NCBI GenBank assembly: GCA_025057595.1
Contig: JANXBK010000006.1
Location: 5,137 to 69,136 of the forward strand
Length of the DNA stretch: 64,000 bases
Source of the DNA: Thermodesulfovibrio sp.
GTDB taxonomy: Bacteria; Nitrospirota; Thermodesulfovibrionia; Thermodesulfovibrionales; Thermodesulfovibrionaceae
Direction of reading: 5' to 3'
The notes beneath the pieces are model-generated. The model searched no databases. It was given only the letters and a program-made list of their open reading frames with translations, and was not told the origin of the DNA. The translations under genes were made by a program, and so were the position numbers. The number at the start of each line of letters is the position of its first letter. Position 1 is the first letter of the stretch. Positions 20,439-31,303 of this stretch are shown piece after piece.

Positions 20439-20846
20439 ATGAGTGAAACTTTATTAGTTTTATTAAGTATTGGTTATTTTTTAGCTACAGTAAGCTTAGT
20501 TGCTGCATTAGTATTTTTTATTGTAGTTGCAATTGAACTAAGAAAAGGAGTAAGTAGCTTTAAAGAATTTATAAATACAACAAAAACAAAACTCGATCCT
20601 ACGATTAGTGAAACTGAAAAAGTAATTCAAGGTATTAAAATATCCGTAGATGATATAAATCAAGTAACTGAAAGGATTAGAACTCTGTCAGAAACAGTAG
20701 ATCGGTTGATTGTGATTGCCGAAGAACTTATAGAGAGCTTACAAAAACTTAAATCTTCTATTAGTGTAAGAAGTAGCGCTCTTAAAACCGCTATTGCTGT
20801 TGCAACCCAAGTTTTCCTAGAAAATTTAAAAAAAGGAGGTAAATAA
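20439..20846 (+). CDS. DUF948/YoxC-like membrane-anchored coiled-coil protein
   Basis: N-terminal TM plus helical body; paired with YtxH; start after AAGGAGG. Confidence 0.65.
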   Translation: MSETLLVLLSIGYFLATVSLVAALVFFIVVAIELRKGVSSFKEFINTTKTKLDPTISETEKVIQGIKISVDDINQVTERIRTLSETVDRLIVIAEELIESLQKLKSSISVRSSALKTAIAVATQVFLENLKKGGK

Positions 20847-20847
20847 A

Positions 20848-21168
20848 ATGAGTGAAGAGAGAGAAGGATATTCTGCAAAATCTCTATTTTTAGCCTTTTT
20901 ATTAGGTGGTTTAGTGGGAGCAGGAATCTCTTTGCTTTTAGCACCTCAATCAGGTAGGGAAACAAGACTTAAAATTAAAGAGGCTGCCGAAGATGTTAAG
21001 GAAAAAGCAGAAAGTTATATTAAAGAGGCAAAAGAAAAAATTTCTACAACTCTTGAAAAAGCAAAAGAAATGTTAGAGGAGAAAAAATCCGCTCTTTCAA
21101 AAGCTATTGAAGCAGGCAAAGAAGCTTATGAAAAAGAGCTCTCTAAGGAGGAACCTAAACAGAGCTAA
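20848..21168 (+). CDS. YtxH-domain protein
   Basis: FLLGGLVGAGISLLLAPQSGRETR signature. Confidence 0.88.
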   Translation: MSEEREGYSAKSLFLAFLLGGLVGAGISLLLAPQSGRETRLKIKEAAEDVKEKAESYIKEAKEKISTTLEKAKEMLEEKKSALSKAIEAGKEAYEKELSKEEPKQS

Positions 21169-21524
21169 TGCATGAAGTATCTATAGCTTCCGAGCTGATT
21201 AGAGTAGCAACTTTAGAATGTAACAAAAACGGATACAATAAAATAAGCTCGATAAAGGTAGCAATAGGTAAAGCTACTGGTGTTATGCCAGACGCTTTAC
21301 TTTTTGCATTTAATGTTCTTAAGGAAGGCACCGCAGCTGAATCTGCAATATTAGTTATTGAAGAGATTCCTATAAAAGGATTCTGTGAGAAGTGCAAGAA
21401 AGAGTTTGAAGGGAATAACTCATATATTGTTTTTCAATGTCCCTTCTGTGAAAGTTTTTCAGTAAATGTAGTTTCAGGAAAAGAATTAAATATAATCGAG
21501 ATGGAGGTAAGTGATGAAAATTAA
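21168..21524 (+). CDS. hypA: Hydrogenase nickel metallochaperone
   Basis: MHE N-terminus, two CxxC motifs. Confidence 0.95.
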   Translation: MHEVSIASELIRVATLECNKNGYNKISSIKVAIGKATGVMPDALLFAFNVLKEGTAAESAILVIEEIPIKGFCEKCKKEFEGNNSYIVFQCPFCESFSVNVVSGKELNIIEMEVSDEN

Positions 21525-22170
21525 AGTAACAACAAAAATTCTTGATGCAAACGATAGAATTGCAGAAGAAAATAAAAAAATATTTAAAAATGCAGGGATT
21601 TTTGTAATAAATCTAATGAGTTCTCCAGGAGCAGGGAAAACATCTTTACTTGAAAGAACAATCCAAACAATTAAAGATAAAGTAAAAGTTGGAGTTATTG
21701 AAGGAGACATAACTGGTACTACTGACGCAGAAAGAATAGAAAGGCTTGGAGTTCCAGTTGTACAGATTAACACTGAAGGAGCTTGCCATCTTGATGCAAA
21801 CATGATTGCAGAGGCAGCAAAAGATCTGCCTCTTAATGATTTAGATATTCTTTTTATTGAAAATGTAGGCAATCTTGTCTGTCCAGCTGAGTTTAAAGTT
21901 GGAGAGGATTTAAAGGTTATGATACTAAGTCTTACAGAGGGTGATGACAAGCCAATGAAGTATCCTCTTATGTTTCAGGAGTCTTCGGTTTTAATCTTAA
22001 ATAAAATAGATCTTAAAGACTACTTAGATGTTGATATAGAAAAAATCAAAAAGGACTCTTTAAATTTGAATCCAAAACTCAAAATATTTGAAGTATCCTG
22101 TAAAACAGGACAGGGTATTAATGAGTGGACAGAGTGGCTACTGACGAATATTTCATGGAAGAAGCCCTAA
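21511..22170 (+). CDS. hypB: Hydrogenase nickel incorporation GTPase
   Basis: SSPGAGKT, ACHLDA, ENVGNLVCP, EGDDKP. Confidence 0.97.
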   Translation: MMKIKVTTKILDANDRIAEENKKIFKNAGIFVINLMSSPGAGKTSLLERTIQTIKDKVKVGVIEGDITGTTDAERIERLGVPVVQINTEGACHLDANMIAEAAKDLPLNDLDILFIENVGNLVCPAEFKVGEDLKVMILSLTEGDDKPMKYPLMFQESSVLILNKIDLKDYLDVDIEKIKKDSLNLNPKLKIFEVSCKTGQGINEWTEWLLTNISWKKP

Positions 22171-22595
22171 AGGAAGCAGAAAAGGCTTCTGAAAAAGGAG
22201 AAATCCCTGTTGGTGCAGTAGTTGTCTTAGAGGGCAAAATAGTAGCAAAAGCTCATAATCTAAAGGAGACTCTTTTAGATCCGACAGCACATGCTGAGAT
22301 TTTAGCTATAAAAGAGGCAGCTAAGACTATAGGAAATTGGAGACTCAGTGAGGCTACTATTTATGTCACAAAAGAGCCCTGTATCATGTGTGCAGGAGCT
22401 ATTATTAATGCGAGGATTAAAAAAGTTGTATATGGATGTGATGATCCAAAGGGAGGTGGAGTTTTTAGTCTTTATCAAATTCTTGAAGACAGTCGGTTAA
22501 ATCATCAAGTTCAGGTAAAAAGAGGTATATTAGAGGAAAGATGCCGACAAACTCTTCAGGAGTTTTTTAAAGAAATTAGAAAATCTAATAAATAG
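22125..22595 (+). CDS. tadA: tRNA adenosine(34) deaminase
   Basis: DPTAHAE, EPCIMC, DPKGG, RLNH. Confidence 0.92.
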   Translation: MDRVATDEYFMEEALKEAEKASEKGEIPVGAVVVLEGKIVAKAHNLKETLLDPTAHAEILAIKEAAKTIGNWRLSEATIYVTKEPCIMCAGAIINARIKKVVYGCDDPKGGGVFSLYQILEDSRLNHQVQVKRGILEERCRQTLQEFFKEIRKSNK

Positions 22596-23823
22596 GAAAG
22601 CTTTTACACAAGGCTTTTACTTTCTTCTGCATATCTTTTATAATTGAATCATTGTTTATATTTTTTATTACTCTTTCGATTATTTCTGCAATATGTTCCA
22701 TTTCCTCTTCACCCATTCCTCTTGTTGTTACACATGGAGTTCCGATTCTTATTCCAGATGTTACAGTTGGAGGTTTTGTATCAAAGGGAATAGTGTTTTT
22801 ATTGACTGTAATACCTGCTTTATCTAATGCTTCTTCTGCTTGCTTTCCTGTTATATTAAAGTTTGTTAAATCAACAAGTACAAGATGATTGTCTGTTCCA
22901 TCAGAGATTAACTTAAAACCTCGTCTTTTTAAAGCTTCTGCTAAAGCTTTTGCGTTTCTAACTACTTTCTTTTGATATTCCTTAAAATCTTCTGACAAGG
23001 CTTCTTTAAAAGCAACAGCCTTTGCAGCTATTACATGAACAAGAGGCCCTCCCTGAATTCCTGGAAAGACAGCTTTGTCAATCTGTTTTGCATACTCTGC
23101 TTTACACATCACTACCCCACCCCTTGGACCTCTTAAGGTTTTATGAGTTGTTGTTGTAACAAAATCTGAGTAGGGCACAGGAGAAGGATGAAGTCCTGTA
23201 GCTACAAGTCCTGCAATATGAGCAATATCAGCCATTAAGTATGCCCCCACTTCTTTGGCAATTTCTGAAAACTCTTTGAAATCTATAATTCTTGGATATG
23301 CACTTGCTCCTGTAATTATGATTTTTGGTTTATACTCATGAGCAAGTCTTCTTACTTCATTCATATCAATATAGCCTGTATCTTTGTTTACTCCATAAAA
23401 AACTGTCCTGTATAGCTTTCCTGTAAAGTTAACTGGTGAACCATGGGAGAGATGTCCTCCGTGAGAAAGACTCATTCCCATTATTGTATCTCCTGGTTGT
23501 AGAAAAGCAAAATAAACTGCCATATTTGCTTGTGTTCCAGAATGAGGCTGTACGTTTATATGCTCAGCTCCAAAAAGCTGTCTTGCTCTTTCTTGAGCAA
23601 GACGCTCCACTTCATCTGCGTATTCACATCCTCCATAGTATCTTCTTCCTGGATAGCCCTCAGCATATTTATTTGTAAAAAATGAGCCCTGAGCTTCCAT
23701 AACCGCTCTACTTGCATAGTTTTCAGAGGCAATCATCAATATCTTTTCAGTCTCTCTTTTTTTCTCCATCTGAATTAGCGAGTAAATCTCAGGATCTACT
23801 TTTTTTAAAGATTGAAATTTCAT
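22585..23823 (-). CDS. glyA: Serine hydroxymethyltransferase
   Basis: [25 protein letters not shown]. Confidence 0.98.
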   Translation of the reverse strand: MKFQSLKKVDPEIYSLIQMEKKRETEKILMIASENYASRAVMEAQGSFFTNKYAEGYPGRRYYGGCEYADEVERLAQERARQLFGAEHINVQPHSGTQANMAVYFAFLQPGDTIMGMSLSHGGHLSHGSPVNFTGKLYRTVFYGVNKDTGYIDMNEVRRLAHEYKPKIIITGASAYPRIIDFKEFSEIAKEVGAYLMADIAHIAGLVATGLHPSPVPYSDFVTTTTHKTLRGPRGGVVMCKAEYAKQIDKAVFPGIQGGPLVHVIAAKAVAFKEALSEDFKEYQKKVVRNAKALAEALKRRGFKLISDGTDNHLVLVDLTNFNITGKQAEEALDKAGITVNKNTIPFDTKPPTVTSGIRIGTPCVTTRGMGEEEMEHIAEIIERVIKNINNDSIIKDMQKKVKALCKSFPIY

Positions 23824-24272
23824 TTATTTATAACCTTCCTTTCTATAAAATTTATTTTTTCAATCCTTTGTAGATGTCTTCCTCCTTCAAAAGGTGTATT
23901 TATCCAAATATTTACTATCTCCTTTGCTAGGTCTTTTCCGACAACTCTCCCTCCTATTGTAAGAACATTCGCATCATTATGAAGTCTTGACATTCTTGCA
24001 GTATAAAGATCATTACATAAAGCAGCTCTAACACCTTTAAACTTATTCGCAACAATTGACATTCCTACCCCTGTACCACATATAAGTATCCCTCTTTCTA
24101 CTTTGCCCTCAGATACAGCAGTAGCTACAGCTACAGCATAATCGGGATAATCTACTGATAAGCAACTATCACATCCCACATCAACTACATCGTGTCCGCT
24201 GTCTTTAAGTATTTTAGAAATTATTTCTTTAAGTTCATAACCTGCGTGGTCTGAACCGATCGCGATCTTCAT
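23820..24272 (-). CDS. rpiB: Ribose-5-phosphate isomerase B
   Basis: GSDHAG, DYPD, CGTGVG, FEGGRH; start refined to ATG 24272. Confidence 0.93.
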   Translation of the reverse strand: MKIAIGSDHAGYELKEIISKILKDSGHDVVDVGCDSCLSVDYPDYAVAVATAVSEGKVERGILICGTGVGMSIVANKFKGVRAALCNDLYTARMSRLHNDANVLTIGGRVVGKDLAKEIVNIWINTPFEGGRHLQRIEKINFIERKVINK

Positions 24273-24312
24273 GTTGAAGTTATTATAAAAAATTGTAAAT
24301 GTTTTAGTAAAT

Positions 24313-24960
24313 TTAAGCTGACTTTTTAACACTCTTTAAACTAAGACAGTTAAGAATTGTAAGATTTATTTTTTCGCTCTTTTTTATTTCCTCTAAATCT
24401 TCAAAATCAGGCTCTCCACATATATCAATGCCTAATAATGTATTCTTCTTGAAAAAATAGTATATAAAATTACAGAGCTCCTCTAAAGAGACATTTCCTT
24501 GTGTCCATCTTGTATTAAGATATTTTTTATCTAAAATATCTTTATCTATACTCATGTATACTGGTAAATATGTTTTAAAAATCCTTTTAATATTGGAGGA
24601 GTTAATGAAATATATCCTTTTAACATTTTTTAACTTTGCTGCCCAATAAACCCATGAGTCACACCTTACAAAACCTTTCTCTGAATATTTCATATCAAGA
24701 TGATTATCAACGACAGTAAGTACAAATGGAAATCTTAATCTTTTAAGAAGTACAAAGGATACGTAGTGATACTCCCCTTTGCCAATAAAACATATAAAAC
24801 AGTTAATCTTTGGAATTTTACTTTCAATTAATCTCAAAGTATGCTCATCGCAAATAAACTTTTTTCCTATATTTCTTAAATCTATTTGAATAGCTGAATT
24901 AATCAATTTTTTTTGATAGAAATAGGTTTCATCAAAATGTAAAACTACTACAGGATGCAT
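24313..24960 (-). CDS. Arginase/ureohydrolase-fold protein of unknown function
   Basis: GxGEYHY, DNHLD, SIDKD, DICGE metal-binding-like motifs in a compact 215-aa chain. Confidence 0.65.
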   Translation of the reverse strand: MHPVVVLHFDETYFYQKKLINSAIQIDLRNIGKKFICDEHTLRLIESKIPKINCFICFIGKGEYHYVSFVLLKRLRFPFVLTVVDNHLDMKYSEKGFVRCDSWVYWAAKLKNVKRIYFINSSNIKRIFKTYLPVYMSIDKDILDKKYLNTRWTQGNVSLEELCNFIYYFFKKNTLLGIDICGEPDFEDLEEIKKSEKINLTILNCLSLKSVKKSA

Positions 24961-25670
24961 TAGTTTAAAGCATTGATAATTCTTAAAATCTCCTTAATAC
25001 CTCTTTCTGCTAAATTTAACAACTCAAATAAAACCTCTTTAGAAAAGGGTGTTATTTCAGCTGTACCTTGAATTTCGACTATTTTTCCACTACCTGTCAT
25101 TACTACATTCATATCAACCTCTGCTTGTGAGTCTTCAGTGTAGCATAGATCCAGTCTTGGTTCTCCATTTACAATTCCAACACTTATTGCTGCAATTGAG
25201 TCTTTTATAGGATTCTCATTTAGCATACCTGTAGACAAAGCTTTTTTTATTGCCTCTGACATAGCTATGTATCCACCAGTTATCGAGGCTGTTCGTGTTC
25301 CTCCATCTGCCTCTATAACATCACAGTCAATCCATATTGTTCTTTCTCCTAATTTTTCAAGATCCATAACTGCTCTAAGAGATCTTCCAATAAGTCTCTG
25401 AATTTCGTGAGTTCTACCTCCAACTCTTCCAGCTGTAGACTCTCTTAACATTCTAACAGGTGTAGATCTTGGCAACATCCCATACTCTGCGGTTATCCAT
25501 CCTTTTTTCTGATCCTTTAGGAATGGTGGAACCTTATTTTCAATTGATGCTGTACATATGACTCTTGTTTGTCCAAGCTCTATAAAAACTGAGCCATCAG
25601 CATTCTTTATAAACTCCTTTGTAATCCTAACCTTTCTTATTTCATCATTTTTTCTTCCATCGGGTCTCAT
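24960..25670 (-). CDS. rph: Ribonuclease PH
   Basis: [25 protein letters not shown]. Confidence 0.97.
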   Translation of the reverse strand: MRPDGRKNDEIRKVRITKEFIKNADGSVFIELGQTRVICTASIENKVPPFLKDQKKGWITAEYGMLPRSTPVRMLRESTAGRVGGRTHEIQRLIGRSLRAVMDLEKLGERTIWIDCDVIEADGGTRTASITGGYIAMSEAIKKALSTGMLNENPIKDSIAAISVGIVNGEPRLDLCYTEDSQAEVDMNVVMTGSGKIVEIQGTAEITPFSKEVLFELLNLAERGIKEILRIINALN

Positions 25671-26473
25671 TCTGCCTCCTTTAGAGAAATTTGAAAAATC
25701 TCTTTTATTTCAGTATTTAGAAATAGCTCACCAATTCTTTTAAATCTTAAAGGTGCGTCTGTGACAAAAAATTTTCGGTCACCTTTTGTATTTACAGTAT
25801 TTATAAGATTTTCTTTTGACAGAATTTGTTTAACCTCTTTTGCAACCTCTGTAGCTGAGTCAACAAGATTTATCCCATTCATGAATTTCTGTATAGAGTT
25901 TTTTAATAATGGATAATGAGTACATCCAAGAATTAAGGTATCAATGCCAGAATGTTTTAAATCTAATAAGTATCTCTCTATTATTAAATCTGCAATAGCT
26001 CCCTCTAAAATACCTTCCTCAACTATAGGAACAAAAAGAGGACATGCTTTAGATATAATTTCAATATTTGGATCTAAAATATTTATTACTTCAGAGTATG
26101 CATTACTTTGAATTGTTGCCTCTGTTCCTATAACTCCTATTTTTTTATTTTTAGTAACTTTTAATGCAGCTCTTATGCCCGGAATAATAACTCCTATAAC
26201 AGGAATTGGAAATCTTTTTTTTAAAATTTCAAGACTTATAGAAGATGAGGTATTACAAGCAACTACAAGAATTTTTATGCCTTTTTTAAATAAAAAATCT
26301 GCGCACTCAAGAGAGTATTTTATCACTGTCTCTGGTGAACGAATTCCATAAGGAACCCTTGCTGTATCGCCTAAATATAAAATATTTTCATTTGGCAAAA
26401 TAGCTGTAATCTCTTTAACAACAGTAAGTCCTCCTACTCCAGAATCAAATATACCAATTGGCTTTTCTTTCAT
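25667..26473 (-). CDS. murI: Glutamate racemase
   Basis: FDSGVGG, ACNT, GCTHYP. Confidence 0.97.
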   Translation of the reverse strand: MKEKPIGIFDSGVGGLTVVKEITAILPNENILYLGDTARVPYGIRSPETVIKYSLECADFLFKKGIKILVVACNTSSSISLEILKKRFPIPVIGVIIPGIRAALKVTKNKKIGVIGTEATIQSNAYSEVINILDPNIEIISKACPLFVPIVEEGILEGAIADLIIERYLLDLKHSGIDTLILGCTHYPLLKNSIQKFMNGINLVDSATEVAKEVKQILSKENLINTVNTKGDRKFFVTDAPLRFKRIGELFLNTEIKEIFQISLKEAE

Positions 26474-26970
26474 TTATCCTCCAGACTACTACTTAATGAT
26501 TTATAAACTATTATATGACCTGAAAGAGTTTCTACTTCCTTATCATCTATTAGTATTTTAACATCTTTTATCCATGTAAAATTTTCTTTAAGAGTAAGAT
26601 AAAAGGATTTTAACAAAAGATACTCTTCTTTAGCTGACTGAGAAGATGCAAAACTACTTGAAAGACTTACATAAATTACATTTTCTTTGTCTCTGTATAC
26701 TCCGAGAATCTGTGTTTCCCTGAAAGGATTTGGAAGCTCACTAATAAAACTTTCTATAACTTCTTCAACTCTTCTTAACTCAAAACTTTCTCTTTTAAGA
26801 TTTATCTCTTTTATTTCAGATGACGGCAAATAAATTATATATTTTGTTGTTTCTTCTTTAACCTCTTTTTTTTCTAAGCTTTCTTTATCTCTTTTAATCA
26901 AGAAAAATGTTGTAAAAACTAAAAAAAACAGTGATAAAATCATTACAAATAAAATCAATCTTCTTTTCAT
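26470..26970 (-). CDS. GerMN-domain membrane-anchored protein
   Basis: N-terminal TM; VKILIDDKEVETLSGH C-terminal pattern; amidase-GerMN-murI synteny. Confidence 0.7.
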   Translation of the reverse strand: MKRRLILFVMILSLFFLVFTTFFLIKRDKESLEKKEVKEETTKYIIYLPSSEIKEINLKRESFELRRVEEVIESFISELPNPFRETQILGVYRDKENVIYVSLSSSFASSQSAKEEYLLLKSFYLTLKENFTWIKDVKILIDDKEVETLSGHIIVYKSLSSSLEDK

Positions 26971-27896
26971 TTTTTATCTTTTTTGATATAGTCAACTAAT
27001 GACTCATAAATACAATCTATAAGTTTATCTCTAAAAGTCTCTTCTATAAATACTCTTTTTGGCAACTCAACAACTAAGGATGGACTCTGTAACTCTTTTA
27101 GAATACTTAAAGGAATCTTTTCAATAACTACTGGCTCTGAAAATCTACTTTTAATTTTCTCATTTAGTATTCCAATAAATCTGTCCTCTTTTGCAAGTAT
27201 ATCGATAGAGTCCTTAGAGATACTCTTTTTTATAGGTGATTTATAAATAACAAATATCTCAGCTGTGGAGATATGCAAACTCAGAAAAATTGAAGGACTT
27301 AAATTATTGGCAATCTCTATCCTTTTTCTCAATGATAGATCTTCATCAGAAACTCTTGTTAAAGACACTTTTAAACCTCTTTGAGTAAGCTTTAGAGTAA
27401 GCTTTTTTGAAATATCTAAGAGAATGTCTTTTTCAAAAAGCTCTTTATCTCGAAATCCTAAATCTCTTCCTCCATGTCCTGGATCAATAACAATTTGACT
27501 TTTTATAGGTTGCTCTATTTTTAATGTTTGATCAAAATAGGCATCAATTACTAATCTTGCAGGAGAATCAAGTCTTGTAACCTTAATTTCTTCAACATTT
27601 GAAGTTTCAATTAGAAAACTATTATGCTCTTTTTTAACTCTTATATTTCCTATTTTGTCATCTTCTTTAAGAATTCTGTCTTCAAATTGAAACTCAAAGA
27701 CATCAGGCAGAGAAAGCTTTACCGTTCCCTTTTTTATTAAATTAACATTTATCGAGTAAACTATATCTTGACTGTCACATACAAAGACGAATCTATAGAA
27801 GTTCTGATGCTTTCCAAATTTCACAATAATTCTCTTTGATTCTTGAGCATAAGCAGAGAAAATCAATAAAACTAAAACTAAAAAAATTTTTATCAT
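26967..27896 (-). CDS. N-acetylmuramoyl-L-alanine amidase (Amidase_3) with AMIN-like domain, divergent
   Basis: Signal peptide, PARLVID, IDPGHGG...EK...SLH...VEL. Confidence 0.8.
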   Translation of the reverse strand: MIKIFLVLVLLIFSAYAQESKRIIVKFGKHQNFYRFVFVCDSQDIVYSINVNLIKKGTVKLSLPDVFEFQFEDRILKEDDKIGNIRVKKEHNSFLIETSNVEEIKVTRLDSPARLVIDAYFDQTLKIEQPIKSQIVIDPGHGGRDLGFRDKELFEKDILLDISKKLTLKLTQRGLKVSLTRVSDEDLSLRKRIEIANNLSPSIFLSLHISTAEIFVIYKSPIKKSISKDSIDILAKEDRFIGILNEKIKSRFSEPVVIEKIPLSILKELQSPSLVVELPKRVFIEETFRDKLIDCIYESLVDYIKKDKK

Positions 27897-28657
27897 TTAA
27901 AAGTTTTAGGAGTTCTTAAAAATCTGATACCACTCCATATTAAGGTAGCTGCAAAAACAACTCTTAAACTTCCCTCAGAAAGAAAATGAGCTATATTTGC
28001 TCCAATATAAGTTCCTGCAACTATTCCCAAAATTAAACCAGGAAGAAGCTCTTTAATAACATTGCCAAGTCTTAAATGAGTGTAAGCTCCAACTGCACCT
28101 GCAGGAACCATACAAAGTAAAGATGTTCCTTGAGCAATATGCTGTCCATAATTTAAGATTAAAACTAAAGCAGGCACCATTACTGTTCCGCCTCCAATTC
28201 CCATCATTCCTGCAAGAAATCCTGCAAAAATTCCTACCACTAACAAAGTAATCACCTTTAAGGGGCCTATAAATTCCAAATGATAAATATGAGCAAAATA
28301 AGGTTTTGTAAGAAGTATTAAAGAGGCAAAAATTAAAAAACCTCCGAAAGCTCTTTTTAGTTTCCATTCGGGAAGACTATGAGCAAATTTTGCTCCTGCT
28401 CTTGCTGTAAACATAGCAGTAGCTGCAAGAATTAAAGATGCTAAAATATCAACATTTCCCTTAACTCCATAGGATATAGCTCCTGTAAGTCCTGTAAAAA
28501 CAAGTGCAAAAAGACTCGTTCCATGTGCTTTATGTTGAGAAATTTTAAGCACAGCAACCATTAATGGAATCATTACTACTCCACCACCTAAACCTACAAG
28601 TCCACCAAAACATCCAGCACAGATACCTATCCATAAGGAATGAAGCTTAAAGTTCAT
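27893..28657 (-). CDS. Sulfite exporter TauE/SafE family membrane protein
   Basis: Duplicated GxxGxGGG...AxGTSL repeats. Confidence 0.9.
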   Translation of the reverse strand: MNFKLHSLWIGICAGCFGGLVGLGGGVVMIPLMVAVLKISQHKAHGTSLFALVFTGLTGAISYGVKGNVDILASLILAATAMFTARAGAKFAHSLPEWKLKRAFGGFLIFASLILLTKPYFAHIYHLEFIGPLKVITLLVVGIFAGFLAGMMGIGGGTVMVPALVLILNYGQHIAQGTSLLCMVPAGAVGAYTHLRLGNVIKELLPGLILGIVAGTYIGANIAHFLSEGSLRVVFAATLIWSGIRFLRTPKTFK

Positions 28658-28760
28658 AAGAATACCCTATGAAAATTCTTTTTAAAATTAATCTTACTTT
28701 TTATCATAGATTTAAGTAAAAAGTAAAGTTAAAATAATATAATAGAAAGAAAAGAAACGA

Positions 28761-29312
28761 ATGAAAACTAAATTAAAAATATTGATAGTAGTTACTTTCT
28801 TTTTGCTTACTTTATCAAATTCCTACTGTATTGAAGACATTGAAATGAGTATTCAAAAAGACAGAAATTCACTATGGGTGAAAGCTGATATAATTCCTTC
28901 AGAAGAGTTCATAGAAGATTTCAAAAATGGATTAAGTAAAAATCTCTTTATATCTGTTGCACTCTTTCGGAGATGGTCAATAATACCTGACGAATTTATA
29001 ACAGGTATCCAAATAAAAAGAAAACTTATTTCAGATCCAATTAAAGAAGAATTTATCATAGAAAGCATAGAACCTCTCTATTTAAAAGAGAAGAGGTTTA
29101 AAGACTGCTATGAAGCACTGAAACAGGCATTAAGGATTGATAACATAAAAATTTCAGAGTTAAGTAGTATTGAAGCTGGAAAATACTATATAAAAATCGT
29201 AGTAGAATCAAATATAAAGAAACTTCCAGCAGTACTTGAGCATATTTTATTTTTTATTCCAAAGTATGATAAAAAAATTGAAAAAAAATCTGAAGTATTT
29301 AGGTTGCCATGA
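28761..29312 (+). CDS. DUF4390-like periplasmic protein
   Basis: Signal peptide; conserved position upstream of ntrY. Confidence 0.65.
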   Translation: MKTKLKILIVVTFFLLTLSNSYCIEDIEMSIQKDRNSLWVKADIIPSEEFIEDFKNGLSKNLFISVALFRRWSIIPDEFITGIQIKRKLISDPIKEEFIIESIEPLYLKEKRFKDCYEALKQALRIDNIKISELSSIEAGKYYIKIVVESNIKKLPAVLEHILFFIPKYDKKIEKKSEVFRLP

Positions 29313-31303
29313 AAGAAAAAATTAAAAAATATTTTTTAACTATTTTTTTGACTTTCCTACTTTTTACTGTTCTTGGATTTCAGATATATCTTTTAAGAAT
29401 ACCTCCTGAACAGATTCCTACAAGATTTATAGTAGTCTTTCTATTTATTGTAAATATTATTGCCTTAATTACCTTAGGATTTTTCGTATTCAGAAGCATT
29501 TTTCGCCTATATTTAGAGAGACAAAGAGAAGTTCCGGGGCACAGATTTAAAATAAAGCTTGTGAGTATTTTTGGAGGTTTGATTCTAATACCTTCTGTTT
29601 TATTATTTTTTGCCTTCAGTGGAGTTTTAGAAAGCTCAATAGAAAAATTATTCTCCAAATCAAACAGAAAAGTAATCTCTGAAGCAGTTGATGTTGTAAA
29701 AGCTTTTTATGAATTTGAAAAAGATGAATTATTGAGATTAATTGAAGATTATGCTCAAGGCAAAATCAAAAATCCTGTAGGAGTCTCTATAGCAGAAATT
29801 AAATCCTATTCAGAGGAGATGCCTGAGTCTGTGAAAGAGGCTTTTCAAGGTAAAAAATCTTCTCAGATAATCTCTTCAGAAAAAGCTGATCTTATTTTAG
29901 CTGCAATTCCTTATAAAGGAGGAGTTCTTTTAGCAAAAAAGGAGATTCCCTATCAAATTACAAAGAAAGTCAACTCTCTTCGCTCTTACTATGAAGAGTA
30001 TTTACAAGTAGGTTCTCTTAGAAAACCTATTAAGTCAAACTATCTTATGTTTCTTAGCTTTTTAAGCCTAATAATAATATTTTTAGCAATATGGATTTCA
30101 ATGAAAATATCTCAACAAATAACTAATCCTATCCAACAGTTAGTTCAAGCTACTGAGATAGTTTCGGCTGGAAATCTTAAAATAAGAATTTCTGCGAAAA
30201 GTTCAGACGAAATAGGTATTCTTGTTAAATCTTTCAATGGAATGATTGAAAAACTTGATAAAGCCTATGGAGAACTTTCTCAAAGAAATATTCTTCTTGA
30301 AAGAATTCTATCAAATATAACTTCAGGAATAATGTTTGTAGGAGTAGACGGAAAAATTTTAAAAATAAATAAAGCTGGAGAGGATATTCTTGAAGTGGAA
30401 AGCATCATGATTGAAAATAAACATTACTCTGAAATCCTTAAACTTATCGAATCTGAGGAAATAAAGGAGTTTATAAACAAAATTTCACAAGAAAGAATTA
30501 CTGAAATAACAAAAGATTTCACATTAAATGTGAAAGGACAAACTAAAATTATCAAAGCAAGAATCATCTCTCTGAGGGAGACTCAATCAGGAAAATCTGA
30601 GGGAATACTCGTTGTATTTGATGATTTAACAGAGGTTTTAAAGGCACAACAAGCAATAGCTTGGCAGGAGGTCGCTAAAAGACTTGCGCATGAGATTAAA
30701 AACCCTCTTACTCCTATAAAACTCGCCACAGAAAGAATGATTAAAAAATGGAAGAGTAAAGATTCTGATTTTGAAGATATCTTTGAAAAGTCAACAAAAA
30801 CAATTATTAGAGAAGTTGAATCCCTCAAAAACTTAATAGATGCCTTTCAACGATTTGGTAAACTGCCAGAGATAAAGAAACAACCTACAAATCTCTGTAA
30901 ATTTTTTGAAAATATAATTGAACTTTACAGAGGCTATAAAAACATAAAGATAAATTTTGTTGCCAACGAACCTTTAAAAGATGTGTTAATAGATCCAGAG
31001 GAGTTTAAAAGAGTCATAATTAACATCATAGACAATGCTATAAGAGCAATGAATGCTCAGGGCGAGATAACAATATCTGTTAAACTAAATAATAGCTTAG
31101 TAGTTGAAATAGCTGATGAAGGACCAGGGATAGACGAAGAAATTAAGGATAAACTTTTTTTACCCTATTTTTCAAAAACCAAAGAAGGTACAGGACTCGG
31201 ACTTGCTATCGCAAGAAAGATTATAACAGAACACGGTGGTACAATATCTCTAATAGACAATAAACCTAAAGGAACAATATTTAGAATTGAGGTGCCAGCT
31301 TGA
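29309..31303 (+). CDS. ntrY: NtrY-type sensor histidine kinase (HAMP/PAS)
   Basis: AWQEVAKRLAHEIKNPLTPI, GTGLGL. Confidence 0.9.
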   Translation: MKEKIKKYFLTIFLTFLLFTVLGFQIYLLRIPPEQIPTRFIVVFLFIVNIIALITLGFFVFRSIFRLYLERQREVPGHRFKIKLVSIFGGLILIPSVLLFFAFSGVLESSIEKLFSKSNRKVISEAVDVVKAFYEFEKDELLRLIEDYAQGKIKNPVGVSIAEIKSYSEEMPESVKEAFQGKKSSQIISSEKADLILAAIPYKGGVLLAKKEIPYQITKKVNSLRSYYEEYLQVGSLRKPIKSNYLMFLSFLSLIIIFLAIWISMKISQQITNPIQQLVQATEIVSAGNLKIRISAKSSDEIGILVKSFNGMIEKLDKAYGELSQRNILLERILSNITSGIMFVGVDGKILKINKAGEDILEVESIMIENKHYSEILKLIESEEIKEFINKISQERITEITKDFTLNVKGQTKIIKARIISLRETQSGKSEGILVVFDDLTEVLKAQQAIAWQEVAKRLAHEIKNPLTPIKLATERMIKKWKSKDSDFEDIFEKSTKTIIREVESLKNLIDAFQRFGKLPEIKKQPTNLCKFFENIIELYRGYKNIKINFVANEPLKDVLIDPEEFKRVIINIIDNAIRAMNAQGEITISVKLNNSLVVEIADEGPGIDEEIKDKLFLPYFSKTKEGTGLGLAIARKIITEHGGTISLIDNKPKGTIFRIEVPA

